Translations under genes and position numbers: made by a program
In this document: piece after piece, positions 39,732 through 52,420 of the stretch
How positions within the stretch are numbered: position 1 is the stretch's first letter
How the letters are laid out: the number at the start of each line of letters is the position of its first letter
Notes under the pieces: generated by a model
What the model was told of the DNA's origin: nothing
Databases searched by the model: none
Seen by the model: only the letters and a program-made list of their open reading frames with translations
Assembly (NCBI RefSeq): GCF_018350175.1
Contig: NC_058383.1
Location: 16,494,001 to 16,558,000 of the forward strand
Direction: 5' to 3'
Origin: Felis catus
Taxonomy: Eukaryota
Length of the DNA: 64,000 nucleotides

Positions 39732-40851
39732 TGCCGGAATCAAGCTCCAGCAGGTCCAGGGGTTCCTGAAGGCTGAACAGCGTTGGCAAAAAAATGAAAA
39801 AAAATAAATCAAAAATAGAAATGGACACAGACAACAGCAGTGTGTTGAACTGGCTGCTTTATTATGGCAAATGTGGCATTATATTTGTTAGCAATTTCCT
39901 TGTAGTGTGCATCATCTATGTTTTCTAGCATTACCTAATTCTAAAAATGTTCCTATGTGTAATCACCTTTTAAGGAGTAACATGGTTATTTTCTCATAAC
40001 ATTCCCTCCTGCCCTTTGCTTATTGATTAATTTCTTACATTATTTTCATTATGTATCTACGTTTATCTATAATCTATAAAGCATTTGCTTTGCTGTTTTC
40101 ATGAAAGGTCATCTATCTCTCAACACCTCAAGTGTAACAGTTACAGGAACATGACCTCTTAGTTGTTTCACTGAACCATTTGTGGTTTGAGGAACAAAAG
40201 CGTTCGCCTTGGTCCGAGGTGCCAGGAGGGGGCCAAAAAGGCCTTAGGAACCCACGCCATATACATTCTCAGAGAGACAATGCACCTAGGAAATAATGAA
40301 CCATTTTGTACTTTAACCGACTAGGTTCAATCATCATCTGGAATGCCTCCTGGGGGCCAAGTGGACCTAGGGGTTGGAGTAACTTGTGCCCATAGATACA
40401 CTCCTTTGTTGCCAGAGTGGGGCTTTCAAATCCATTTGTACTCCCTCTTTTATGTAATTTGGCCTTAATAAAGTACCTGGGGAATTGTCTGTTGGGGAAT
40501 TGTCCTTGACAGGCCCCTGGGAAAAGAACCTTTGGGAAAGAAATGAGGTTCCTCAAGGAAATTGTGCAGCCCTACATTTAGCCCTTGCCACTCCCTATAA
40601 AGATTCTTCTACCTAAAGGAAAGATAGCCTCATACATTTCCCAGCCAAGGAGGGACGAATGGATTTAAAACCCCCACTCCGGCAACAAAGGAGTGTATCT
40701 ATGGGCACAGGTTACTCCAACCCCTAGGCCCACTTGGCCCCCAGGAGGCATTTTAGAATTAAGAGGTATTTAGATTAGGATGGGGACGGTCCCAATCCGT
40801 CCACCGCCTGGGCCCTGCCATCAGGCTGGTTGGATAGCTTGGCTTCTGGCA
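39732..40851 (-). mobile_element. Solo LTR, 1120 bp, probably class II (ERVK/beta-like)
   Basis: TG...CA ends with imperfect terminal inverted repeats (tgccggaatcaagct / agcttggcttctggca). Exact 6-bp TSD agccat at 39726-39731 and 40852-40857. AATAAA on the minus strand at ~39858-39863. Confidence 0.8.
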
Positions 40852-41218
40852 AGCCATATGTATAAAAATCTAATCTTATGCTCACTTCCTTTACTAAATT
40901 CCTAATAATTTCTTGATAGTTATTACAATAAAAGACTGAGTTTTGTTAGAACTTCTATGCTTTGAGGTCAGACCTTGTAAAACTATTAGAATAAAAGTTT
41001 TAGAAGTTGGGTAGAGCCAGAGAACAATGGAGCACCATAAGTAATATTTGGATGATGATTTATAGATTTTATGTATATATTAAAACTAAAGTTACCAAGC
41101 TTTTAGAAAATAAGTTGGATTTTTTTTGCTAATTCAAAATTTTCTTTCTGACTGAATATTCTAATATTTGTGTAGCTAGCCTTCACCATGACTCCTTCTG
41201 TTAAAATGCTACTTTTGA

Positions 41219-41377
41219 GGGGTGCTTGGGTTGCTAAGTTGGTTAATTGACTCTTGATTTTGGCTCAGGTCATGTTCTCAGGGTCTTGAGGTTGAGCCCT
41301 ATGTGGTCTTAAAGTTCTCTCTCTTCCTCTGCCCTTCCCTTGCTCATGTGCTCTCTCTCTCTCTTTCTCAAAAATAA
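41219..41377 (+). mobile_element. CanSINE (internally deleted)
   Basis: Degenerate head, CT linker and A-tail. TSD-like aaaatgc(t/c)ac(t/a)tttgag. Confidence 0.85.
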
Positions 41378-41639
41378 AAATGCCACATTTGAGGGCATTT
41401 ATATGTTTATTTCAACAACATCTGGCATAGTGCATGATATTTTCTCATGTTCCTAAAAGAATATTTGTTTCTGTTGTAATGTTATTACTGCATAATTTCA
41501 AAGACAGAACTTTTTTCTTTTTAAAAGGATATCAGGGTATTATAATTTAGCTTCGGAATATAATAATGTCTGGTTATATTTACTTATTGAAAAGTTATTT
41601 AAAAATATGGGGAAAGGGAGGTACATCCACAGGATTTTA

Positions 41640-41847
41640 ATTTTATTTTTATTTTATTATTTTTTTAGAAACAGAGAAAAAGAGAGTGCATGAGTGGGGA
41701 GAAGGAAAGAGGGAGAGAGAAAATCTTAAGTAGGCTCCACGTTCAGCGCTGAGCCCAATGTAGGGCTTGATCCCATGACCCTGGTATCATGACCCAAGCC
41801 AAAATCAAAAGCTGGATGCTCAAACAACTGAGCCACCCAGGCATCCC
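41640..41847 (-). mobile_element. CanSINE (older subfamily)
   Basis: Ends gagccacccaggcatccc, with a T-rich tail upstream. Confidence 0.88.
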
Positions 41848-43084
41848 ACATGCATAGGATTTTTAAATATGATATTAAATCATTTTACAGATTTTATAAT
41901 TTGGGGGAGGAAAGAAATCTTCTATATAAGCTTTCAATAGAAACTCTACTAGGACTAGGGTCTTTTTTTTTTTTTGCTCACTTTTGCATTTTGCTCACTT
42001 TTGCTTTGCCTGACCACACAGTAGCTGGCACCTGTTTATTTGATAAATGAATACGTTAACAATACTTTAGCTGTATTATAGGTATGGATAGTTTAATCTA
42101 GATCATTAATCTTCAGAAGATAGACAATGTAACTTAGTGCTTTTCAAATGCTGGATTATACTGCTAAGGGACTTTCATCTTCTTACTCTTTCAACACAAT
42201 CTAAAGTTATTAAAACTGGAGTCAGCAAAGTTGAGACATGTATAAAAAATAATAACATTAACTTTGTAAAAATTATCACTCTATTGCACATTAGAATGGA
42301 CTTTCTGGTAATAATGTGACAGTCCATAGTTTCTTTTAGAGATTATAAGGGTTTACCTTACATAAACTGTGTATTTAAACAATTTCTTTTCTAATGGCAT
42401 AGAACAAGTTATAATTTAGGAAAATAAGGCATACATTTGCTCTTTGTATAACAGTTTTGTAAAATAGTGTGTTTCACATATATCCTTTAATTTCTGATTA
42501 CAATTACTTTTCTCTTTCAGATCCATTTTTATGTAAAACAGAAGTTCCAAATTTATGTAGCACAGTTTTCATAAGTCAGAGTTACTAAAGACTTATAAGT
42601 ATAATTTGGCTTTCCTTTTTTTTTATTTGCTACACTATTTTGATGTTAATGCAAATTGCCTTTTTAAAAATTTCAGTTTCCATTTGATCACTACTAGTAA
42701 TACACAGTGCAATAATTTTAATGCAATGATTCTGTATTTTGTCACTTTTATAAAACTTGTTAAATTTATTAATAAGTTGAAGTAGATTTTTTTGTAGATT
42801 TATTTTGATTTACTAGGTATGTGACCATATCATCTCTGATTCAAAACAGTTTTCTTCTATTTCCTTGCCTTACTGAGTTGACTATGACTTTTATTACAAT
42901 GTTCAGTAAAAATGTTGACCTCTTTAATATTAGGAAATAGACACCAAAGTCTATCATTTTTTCATCTTTTTTGAGATATAGTTAACAGAACATTGTGTAA
43001 ATTTAAGGTGTACAATGTGTTGATTTGATACATTTATATATTGCAAAATAATTACCAACATAGGATTAGCTAAGAAACTTCCTG

Positions 43085-44200
43085 TCATCATGGAGAGAGG
43101 AGCAAGAGAGAAAGAGTGAAAACAAGAGTGAAAATAAATGCAGGGGATTGCACAAAAAAACTTTCCCCAAACCACTGACTGGGAAAAGGAGAGGGTTTAA
43201 ATACTACAAGTTTTTTATAAACAGTAGAGTGCAGAGTCTGAAGTTTCTGCAGTCAGCACCATCAGGAGGGTCGCACCCAGTGGGCTCAGCAGTGCTGAGT
43301 GGGGAAGGAGGGCAGAGACGCAGGAGTGGACAGCATGGTCTGAGGGTTGCATGGGGAGGAAAAAGTTCCCCTGCTTGGAGTGCATTTGGCAGAGGTGATT
43401 TGGCCTTTCTGTGCACAAAAGATCCTGTGGATGCCATTGAGCTGCCCTGTTCAATAACATAACAAAGATGCTGGCTGAGGACAGCAGCCTTGGCACCAGT
43501 TTTGTGCTGCTATGTACCATAAACTCCGAACTGGAGGATGGTTGTGTGACCATAGTTTTGGACAAGACTGCACTGGCCACAGTGCAGCAAGACCCTCCCC
43601 AGAGGATCAGCATGGGTCCTCACCACAAGTGTCTCTGATGTTTGGAGTTTAGAATCACAGCCACGCCTGAGATAAAATACAGGAGTGCTTGCTGCCTGGA
43701 AGGCAGACAGCTCAGACACAGACAGGGTGAGGGTGGGGATCTGATGGAAGCTGGGGACACAGGAAAGATGATTGCTCATCTGTGAGGGCTTCCTGAGTGG
43801 CAGGTAAGAGCTCCCTGCTCCAGAGACAAGAGAGCTAGGCTAAGCCATTCACTACCCCCACCCCCAACAACACTGATCCAGTTCAGTGAGCAAAACAGTG
43901 CCACCAAGTGGAAGCCAGAGCTACTTTCACCAAACACCACTGGAAGCACCCTGCAAGTGTATCTCCTCTAGGGCAAGTCCACCTGAGAATCAGAGCAGCA
44001 GGCCCCTCCCCCAGAGGGCTAGGACAAATCCCTCCTATGCACCAACTCTACTGATTGTAGAGTGCTGCAAATCTTCAGTTCTATGGGAAACAAGATCTAG
44101 TTTTCCTTGGGGATTTTTTTTTTTTGGATACAGAGGAAGCAATTTATTTTCATTTTAAATTTTATTTTGTTATTTATTTTTTACTTTATTTTATTTTACA
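43085..44200 (+). mobile_element. Probable old L1 5'UTR, apparently resuming at ~51780-52100 (ORF1 start) after the nested antisense L1
   Basis: GC-richer 5'UTR-like block followed by a T-rich tract. ORF1-like sequence (gaaaaaagcatagaagacactaaagaatccct) at ~51985-52020. Confidence 0.55.
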
Positions 44201-44214
44201 TTTTATTTTTACTT

Positions 44215-44418
44215 ATTAAAATTTTTTTTAATGTTTATTTTTGAGAGAGACAGAGTGTGAGTGGAAGAGGGGCAGAGAGAGAAACACACACAGAATCTGA
44301 AGCAAGCTCCAGGATTGGAGGTTGTCAGACAGAGCCCTACATGGGGCTCAAACCCATGAACTGCAAGATCATGACCTGAACCGAAGTCGGACACTTAACT
44401 GAGCCACCCAGTCACCCC
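44215..44418 (-). mobile_element. Feline CanSINE
   Basis: Antisense head gagccacccagtcacccc, GA linker and T-tail. Confidence 0.9.
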
Positions 44419-44459
44419 AATTTTTACTTATTTTTTGAATCAAGATTCTCTCCTTTTTA

Positions 44460-44996
44460 TTGTTCATATATTTATTTTTAATTGAAATTTTAGTAAATAT
44501 ACAGTGTAATATTGGTTTCGGGAGTAGAATTCAGGGATTCATCACTTACATACAGCACCCTCTAACCCATCTTCCATCCACCTCCTTCCATCAACCCTCA
44601 GTTTGTTTTCTATTATTAAAAGATAGAGTGATTTGTTTCCTTCTCTTGTGGTTTCCCTGTCTCCTCTTCCCATCTCCCTGCTTCCCATATGTTCATCCGT
44701 TTTGTTTCTTAAATTCCACATATGAGCGAAATCATATGGCATTTCTTTCTCTAACTGACTTATTGAGCTTAGTATAGCATATTCTAGCTCCATCTATGTT
44801 GTTGCAAAGGGCAAGATTTCATTTTTTTTAAATGGCTGATTAGTATTCCAGTGTATATATATGCCACATCTTAATCCACTCATCAGAATAGACATTTGGA
44901 CTCTTCCCCTAGTTTGGCTATTATTGATAATGCTGCTATAAACATTGGGGTGCATGCACCCCTTAGAATCTGTATTTTAAATTTTTTAATGTTTAT

Positions 44997-45031
<35 letters not shown>

Positions 45032-48000
45032 ATGAGTACAAGCAGGGGAAGGGCAGAGAAAGAGGGAGACACAGAATCCAAAGCAGGGTCTAGGCTCTGA
45101 GCTGTTAGCACAGAGCCCAAAGAGGGGCTTGAACTCATGAACTGTGAGATCATGACCTGAGCTGAAGTTGGATGCTTAACTGACTGAGCCACCCAGGCAC
45201 CCCTAGAATCTGTATTTTTGTATGCTTTGGGTAAATACCTAATAGTGCAATTTCTGGATCATAGGATAATTCTATTTTTAGTTTTTTGAGAAACCTCCAT
45301 ACTGTTATCCAGAGTGGCTACACCAGTTTCATTCCCACCAACAGTGCAAGAGGGTTCCCCTTTCTCTGCATCCTCACCAACAATGTTGTTTCTTGTGTTG
45401 TTAATGTTAGCCATTCTGACAAGTGTGAGGTGGTATCTCATTGTGGTTTTGATTTGTATTTCCCTGATGATGAGTGATGATGAGCATCTTTTCATGTGTC
45501 TGTTAGTCATCTGGATTTTTTTTTGGAAAAGTGTCTATTCATGTGGTCTACCCATTTTTTAACTGGAATTTTAGTTTTTTGGGTCTTAAATTTGATGATA
45601 ACTTCTTTATGGATTTGCAAACTAACCCTTTATCAGATATGTCATTTGCAATATCTTCTCCCATTCCGTAGGCTGCCTTTTAATTTTGTTGATTGTTTCC
45701 TTCACTGTGCAGAAGCTTTTTAAGTCCTAATTGTTCATGTTTGCTTTTGTTTCCCTTGTCTTCAGTGACGTGTCTAGTAAGAAGTTGTTCTGGCTGCGGT
45801 GAAAGAGGTTCCTGCCTGTTTTCTGCTCTAGGAGTTTGATGGTTCCCTGTCTCACATTAGGTAGTTCATCCAATTTTTGAATATTTTTGTGTGTGTATGT
45901 TGTAAGAAAGTGGTCCAGTTTCATTCTTTTGCATGTAACTGTCGTTTTTCCCAACAGCGTTTGTTAAAGAGACTGTTTTTTCCCCATTGTATCTTTTTTC
46001 CTCCTTTGTCAGAGATGAGTTGAGCATTTAGTTGTGGGTCCATTTCTGGGTTTTCTATTCTGTTCCATGGATTTATGTGTCTGTTTTTGTACCAGTACCA
46101 TACTGTCTTGACTACAGCTTTGTAATATAGCTTGATATCAGGAATCATGATGCCTGTAGTTTTTTTCTCTCTTGCAGGATTGCTTTGGCTATTTGGGGTA
46201 TTTTTTGTTTCCATACAGATTTTAGGATTGTTTGTTCTAGCTCTGCAAAGAATGCTGGTGGTATTTTGATAGGTATTGCATTAAATGTGTAGATTACTTT
46301 GGGCGATATAGACATTTTAACAGTGTTTGTTCTTCCAATCCATAAGCATGAAATGTTTTTCCATTTCTTTCATAATTCTTCTAGAGTTATCAGTACAGAT
46401 CTTTTACCTCTTTAGTTAGGTTTATTTCTAGTTATCTTATTCATGGTACAATTGTATATGGAGTCTATTCCTTGATTTCTTTTTCTGTCACTTCATTATT
46501 TGTGTATAGAAATGCAACAGGTTTCTGCATGTTGGTTTTTTTACCCTGCGACTTTGCTCAATTTATCTATTAGCTCACGCAATTTTGCAGAGTAGGCTTT
46601 CAGGTTTTTCACATAGGTTATCCTGTCCTCTGCAAATAGTGAAAGTTTCACTTTTTCCTTTCCAATTTGGATGCCTTTTATTTCTTTTTGTTGTCTGAAT
46701 GCTGAGGCCAAGACTTCCAGTACTATGTTAAATAGTAATGGTGAAAGTTGATAACCTTGTCTTGTTCCTAATTGTAGGGGAAAGGCTCTCAGTTTTTCTC
46801 CCCATTGAGGATGATATTAGCTGTGGGTCTTTTGTATATGGCCTTTGTGATGTTAAGATGTTCCATCTATCCCTACTTTGTTGAGGTTTTTTTTTTTAAC
46901 CAAGAATGGATACTGTAATTTGTCAAATGCATTTGTTTTTGCATCTATTGAGAGACTCATATGGTTCTTACCCTTTCTTTTATTGATGTGGTGTATCACG
47001 TTGATTGATTTGTGAATATTGAGCCATCGCTACAGCCCAGGAATAAGTTCCACTTGATTATGGTGAATAATTCATTTAATGTACTGTTGGATTCTATTTT
47101 CTAGTATCTTTTGGAAATTGTTGCATCCAGGGTCATCAGGGAATTGGCTTTTAATTCTTTTTTAGTGAGGTCTTTGTCTGGTTTTGGAATCAAGGTAATT
47201 CTGGCCTCATAGAATGAGCTTGGAAGTTTTATTTCCATTTGTATCTTTTGGAACATTTTGAGAATAGGTATTAACTCTTCCTTAAACGTCTGGTACAAGT
47301 CCCCTGGGAAGCCATCTGGACCAGGAATTTTGCTGGAAGATTTTTGTATGGTGATTCAATTTCTTTATGGGTCTGTTCAAATTTTCAGTTTCTTCCTATT
47401 TCAATTTTGGTATTTTGTGAATGTCTAGGAATTTGTACATTTCTTTCAGATTGCCTACTATGTTAGCATATACTTTTTCATGGTATTCTCTTATAATTTC
47501 TGTATTTCTGTGGTGTTGGTTGTGATCTTGCCTCTTTCATTTGTGATTTTATCTATTTGTGTCCTTTCTCTTTTTGAGAAGTCTAGTTAGGGTATTGTCA
47601 ATTTTGTTTATTCTTTCAGTGAACCAGCTCTTGGTCTTATTGATATGCTTTAATGTATTTTATGGTTTCTAGATCATTTATTTATGCTCTAATCTTTAAT
47701 ATTCCTTTTCTTCTGCTGACTTTGTGCTTTATTTGCTGTTCCTTTTCTAGATTCTTTAAGTATAAGGTTAGATTGTGTATTGGGGACCTTTCTTGCTTCT
47801 TGAGATAGGCCTGAATCATAATATACTTTCCTCTTGGGACTGTCTTTCTTGCATCCCAAAAGGTTCCAGACTGTAGTGTTTCCATTTTAATTGACTTACA
47901 TGTATTTTTTATTTATTCCTTAATTTCCTGATTGAGCCATTCATTCTTTAGTAGGATGGTTTTTAACCTCCATGTATTTGAGGCTTTCCAATTTTTTGTG

Positions 48001-50477
48001 TGTGGCGATTTCAAGCTTCATACCATTGTGATTTGAAAATATGCATGGTATGATCTCAATTTTTTTCTACCTATTGACAGCTGATTTGTGACCAAGTGTG
48101 CAGTCTATTCTGGAAAATGTTCCATGTGCACTCCAGAAGAATGTGTGTTCTGTTACTTTAGGATGAAAAGTTCTGAATATATCTGTTAAGTCTATCCAGT
48201 CCAGTGTGTCACTCAAAGCCATTGTTTCCTTGTTGATTTTCTGCTTAGATGATCTGTTAATTGTAAGTGGGGTGTTAAAGCCCTCTACTATTATTGCATT
48301 AATTATCAATGGGTTTTCTCATGTTTGTTATTAATTGATTTATATATTTGGGTGTTCCAAGCTGGAGACATAATTGTTTACAATTGTTAGATCTTGGTGG
48401 ATAGACTCCTTAATTATAATATAATGCCCTTCTTTGTTCCTTGTTATAGTCTTTGTTTTAAAATCTAGCTTGTATGATATGTTTGTCTACTCCATCTTTC
48501 TTTTGACATTCATTAGCCTGATAGATGGTTCTCCATCCCCTCACTTTCAATTTGCAGGTGTCTTTGGGTCTAAGGTGAGTCTCTTGTAGGCAACATATAG
48601 ATGGATCTTGTTTTGTAATCCATTCTGATACTCTATCTTCTGAATGGAGCCTTTAGTCCATTTACATTCAGAACAATTGATGAAAGATACGAATATAGTG
48701 CCATTGTAGAGCTGGTGTTTCTGGTAATGTTCTCTGGTTCTTTGTAGTCTTTGTTATGTTGGGTTTTATTTTTCTCCACCCAAAGAGTCCCACTTAAAAT
48801 TTGTTGCAAGGATGCTTTAGTGGTCATAAACTTGTTTGGTTTTGTTTTTCTGGAAAACTCTTTATCTCTCCTTCTATTCTGAATGAAAGCCTTGCTGGAT
48901 AAAGAACTCTTGGCTGCATATTTTTTCCCCTACTGAACATGTTGAATATTTCCTGCCACTCCCTTCTGGCCTGCCAAGTTTCAGTGGACAGGTCTGCTAC
49001 TAACCTTATATGTCTATCCTTGTAGATTAAGAGCCTTTTGTCCCCAGCTGCTTCCAGAATTCTCCTTGTCTTTGTATTTTGAAAGTTTCACTGTGATATA
49101 GCATGGTGTTCACCTGTTTTTGTTGATTTTGTGTGTGGGGGGGGTTCTCTGTCCTCCTGGATTTGAATGCCTTTTTCCTTCCCCAGATTAGGGAAGTTCT
49201 CAGCTATAATTTGTTCCAATAAACTTTCTATCCCCTTTTCTCACTCTTCTTCTCGGACTCCTGTGATATGGATATTGTTTTCCTGGATTGAATCATTGAG
49301 TTACCTAAGTCCCCCTTGGTGATCCAATAGTTTCCTTTCCCTCTTCTTTTCAGCTTCCTTGTTTTCCATTATTTTATCTTCTTATCATTTATTCTCTTCT
49401 CTGATTTTTAAATCCTTCTTGTGACTGTTTCTAGTCAATTTTACATCTCAGTTATAGCCTTCTTTATCTCAGCCTGACTAGTTTTTAGGTTTTTGATCTC
49501 GGTAGCAAGGGTTTCTCTGGTGTCTTCTATGCTTTTTATTCAAGTTCATCTCATAGGCTTATGACTGTTGTTTTAAGTTCTTGTTCACATATTTTGCCTA
49601 TATCTGTTTTGAGCAAGTCCCTGGCTGTAATTTCCTTTTTTAAAATTTCAATTCAGGTTAATTAACATATAGTGTAGTATTGGTTTCAGTAGAATTTATT
49701 GATTCATATAACATATACTTAGATATAACACCCCAGTGGTCATCCCAACAATTGCCTTTCTTAATCTGGCTGTGATTTATTCTTGACCATTCTTTTGGGG
49801 AGAAATTCTCTGTCTTGTGATTTTGGCTAGGTTTCTGTCTTCTGTATGTTTGGAATGTTTATTTTATTTATATTGAGAGAGAGAAAGAGTGAGAAAAGAA
49901 AGGGGCAGAGGAAGAGAGAGAGAATGTGAAGAAGTGGGGAGGCTAATGTGAGGCTCGATTGCATGACTGCAAGATCATAACTTGGGGAAAAATTCAAGAG
50001 TCAGACGCTTAATTGAGACACAGGGGCCTGTTTTGCATGTTTTGAAACTTTCTTAGGTTTTCTACACCAAAGAACAGTGCTATATTAAAAAACTTCATAC
50101 ATTGTCCAGGCCTGACACTTTAGGAAGTTTTCCTGAATGCTGTATGCTGTGTGTGATCTGCTATTGTGTTTTGGCTGCTCCTTCTCACTTGTCAGTCCAC
50201 TGCAGAGTTCCTCCTTGCTTGTAGTTGGGAGTGTTTGGACTTTAACTAGGTGTTCTTTGATTTGTTTGAATAAAAGGGGAAAGAGTAGGAAAAAAATCCT
50301 GATCCAAAAATAAAGAGAAAAGGAAAATGAATGAATAAAAAACCAGACAATCAAAAACCTATAAGCCTTATTCCAAAGAAAAGAACAGAAAGAAGCAAGA
50401 AAAAGAAAGAACAAGGGAGAAAAGGAAATGAAAAAAAAAAAACAAAAAACTATGAACCTGATTAAAAAAATTAAAAA

Positions 50478-50511
<34 letters not shown>

Positions 50512-51770
50512 AGAAAGGAAGAAAGGAAAGGAAGAAAGAAAGAAAAGGAAGGAAGAAAGGAAGGAAGGAAAAAGAAAGAAGAAAGAAAGAAAAGAAAGAA
50601 CGCTTGGTTCTATTTCCACCAAAACATCAAGTGATGCCTTGAAGCACTCTATTTTCAGTACATTTGGTGAATAGGGTGCACTACCTGTGATGGTCTTCTG
50701 GAGAAGAGGCTCAGAGTCTATCTTGTCCCAGTAAATAAGCAGTTACCAGGCACAGGGGGGCAGGTTTGGAGTATGTGGGTCCTGCCTCTACTGGGGGCCA
50801 CCGTGTTGCCCTCTGAAGTCCTACCATGTTGGTGTTGGGGGACAATGGTGCCACCCTTATCTCTCATTCCCAGATAAGGGGTCTCACACCCTCCATTGTT
50901 CTGGAAGCCCTCACAAAGTAGGGAGGGCAGTCAGCTGACTCTGTGCCACAGCTCTCTTGTGCTTTTTTCTTCAGCATGTGGCTGGGATTTAAAACTCAAG
51001 ATCTTAAGGACCCAGAACTAAATGGACTGCCCTCCTTCTCTTGAGTAGAGCCTCTACATGCTGTGTCTGATGTACTTTGTATCAGAAAAACAGTTCTACA
51101 CCTGTGCAGTGTGAAGAATTTAAAGTGTACCACCACTAAAAGCAACGATAAACCCTCTATGACTGCCTCTGTCACCTGCCAAAGAAAAGCTCTTTTCTGG
51201 CACCTACAGGGTCTTTTGTCCTTGGAGAGGAAATATACCCTCTGCCCAAAGTATTTCAGGAAGGAGAGTGCTTTCCCATTGTGCCCCAGAGATCACTACA
51301 CCACATTTGCACTCTAGGGGCAACTCCTTCCTTCTACACAGGAGTGCATGCCACAGTTCCACTCTTGAGAAAGTCATACACTTCCAAAACCTCAGGGTTT
51401 GAACTCCACATGCTGCTTGCAAAAAATCCTTGCCATACTCAGTACCTCTAGCTCCACAGCCTGAGGTCCAGAGAGGTTTTCCTCTTGTGCAAACCCGATA
51501 CCACATTCTTTCAATGCCTGTTTATCACTCTCCCTTTTGCCTTTCCACAGAAAGGGTTCCCTTCCCTCCGTGGCATTGCTCTTTTTCTCTCCAATTCACT
51601 TCCATGCACCTTGAACTTTCCACAATGTCTCCCTCCAACAATGGAGATTCTTCTGCCAGTCTGCAGATCAATTTCCTGGGTGTTCCAAGTGGACTGACTG
51701 CAATACAACTGTGAGAAATGAGGATGGAGAGCCCAGCATCACCCTTCTTCCTGCCATCTTAACTCCTCTC
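44460..51770 (-). mobile_element. Old full-length antisense carnivore L1 with nested SINEs
   Basis: Minus ORF2 fragments 45259..48309, ORF1 remnants at ~48800-49600, GAA-rich tract at 50380-50600, 5' end cctgccatctt at ~51750-51760. Confidence 0.9.
44979..45203 (-). mobile_element. Feline CanSINE with (GA)15 expansion
   Basis: TSD tagaatctgtatttt at 44964-44978 and 45204-45218. Confidence 0.93.
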
Positions 51771-52104
51771 CTGAACCAAACTTTTCTAAACAAGCAAAAC
51801 AAAACACACCTGGGATATAGATTTCTTTATTATTTCATTTTATTTTTTACCTCCTAATTGACAAGACAGAAGAATTCAGCCATAAAGAAACAACAGGAAG
51901 AAGTTGTGTCAGGTATTAATACATATATAAGTAATACGTCACAATTGAATTTAAAACCAGAATTATATGGATACTAACTGGATTTGAAAAAAGCATAGAA
52001 GACACTAAAGAATCCCTTACTGCAGAGACAAGAGAACTAAAAACTACACAGGCCAAAATTAAAAACGTCATAACTGAGATGCAAACCTGAATGGATGCCA
52101 TGTC

Positions 52105-52420
52105 TTTCAACAATAGCCAAATTACAGAAAGAGCCTAAATATCCATCAACCAATGAATCGATAAAGAAATTGTGGTTTATATACACCATGGAATACTACT
52201 TGGCAATGAGAAAGAATGAAATATGGCCTTTTGTAGCAATGTGGATGGAACTGGAGCGTGTCATGCTAAGTGAAATAAGTCATGTAGAGAAAGACAGATA
52301 CCATATGTTTTCACTCCTATGTGGATCCTGAGAAACTTAACAGAAGATCATGGGGGAGGGGAAGGAAAAAAAAGAGAAGGAGGGAGCCATACCATAGGAG
52401 ACTCTTAAAAACTGAGAATA
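52105..52420 (+). mobile_element. 5'-truncated young L1 3' fragment, interrupted in its 3'UTR by the next L1
   Basis: ORF 52095..52331 is the ORF2 C-terminus (..HMFSLLCGS). It stops at ctcttaaaaactgagaata, an L1 endonuclease-type TT/AAAA site. Confidence 0.88.

Noticed and set aside
39732..40851. DNA transposon (because of the terminal inverted repeats)
   Set aside because: TG...CA ends, a 6-bp TSD and a poly(A) signal near one end fit a retroviral solo LTR better. Not fully excluded without a library search.
50368..50634. Lys/Arg-rich and Phe/Ser-rich ORFs
   Set aside because: Translations of a GAA/GGAA simple-repeat tract inside an L1.
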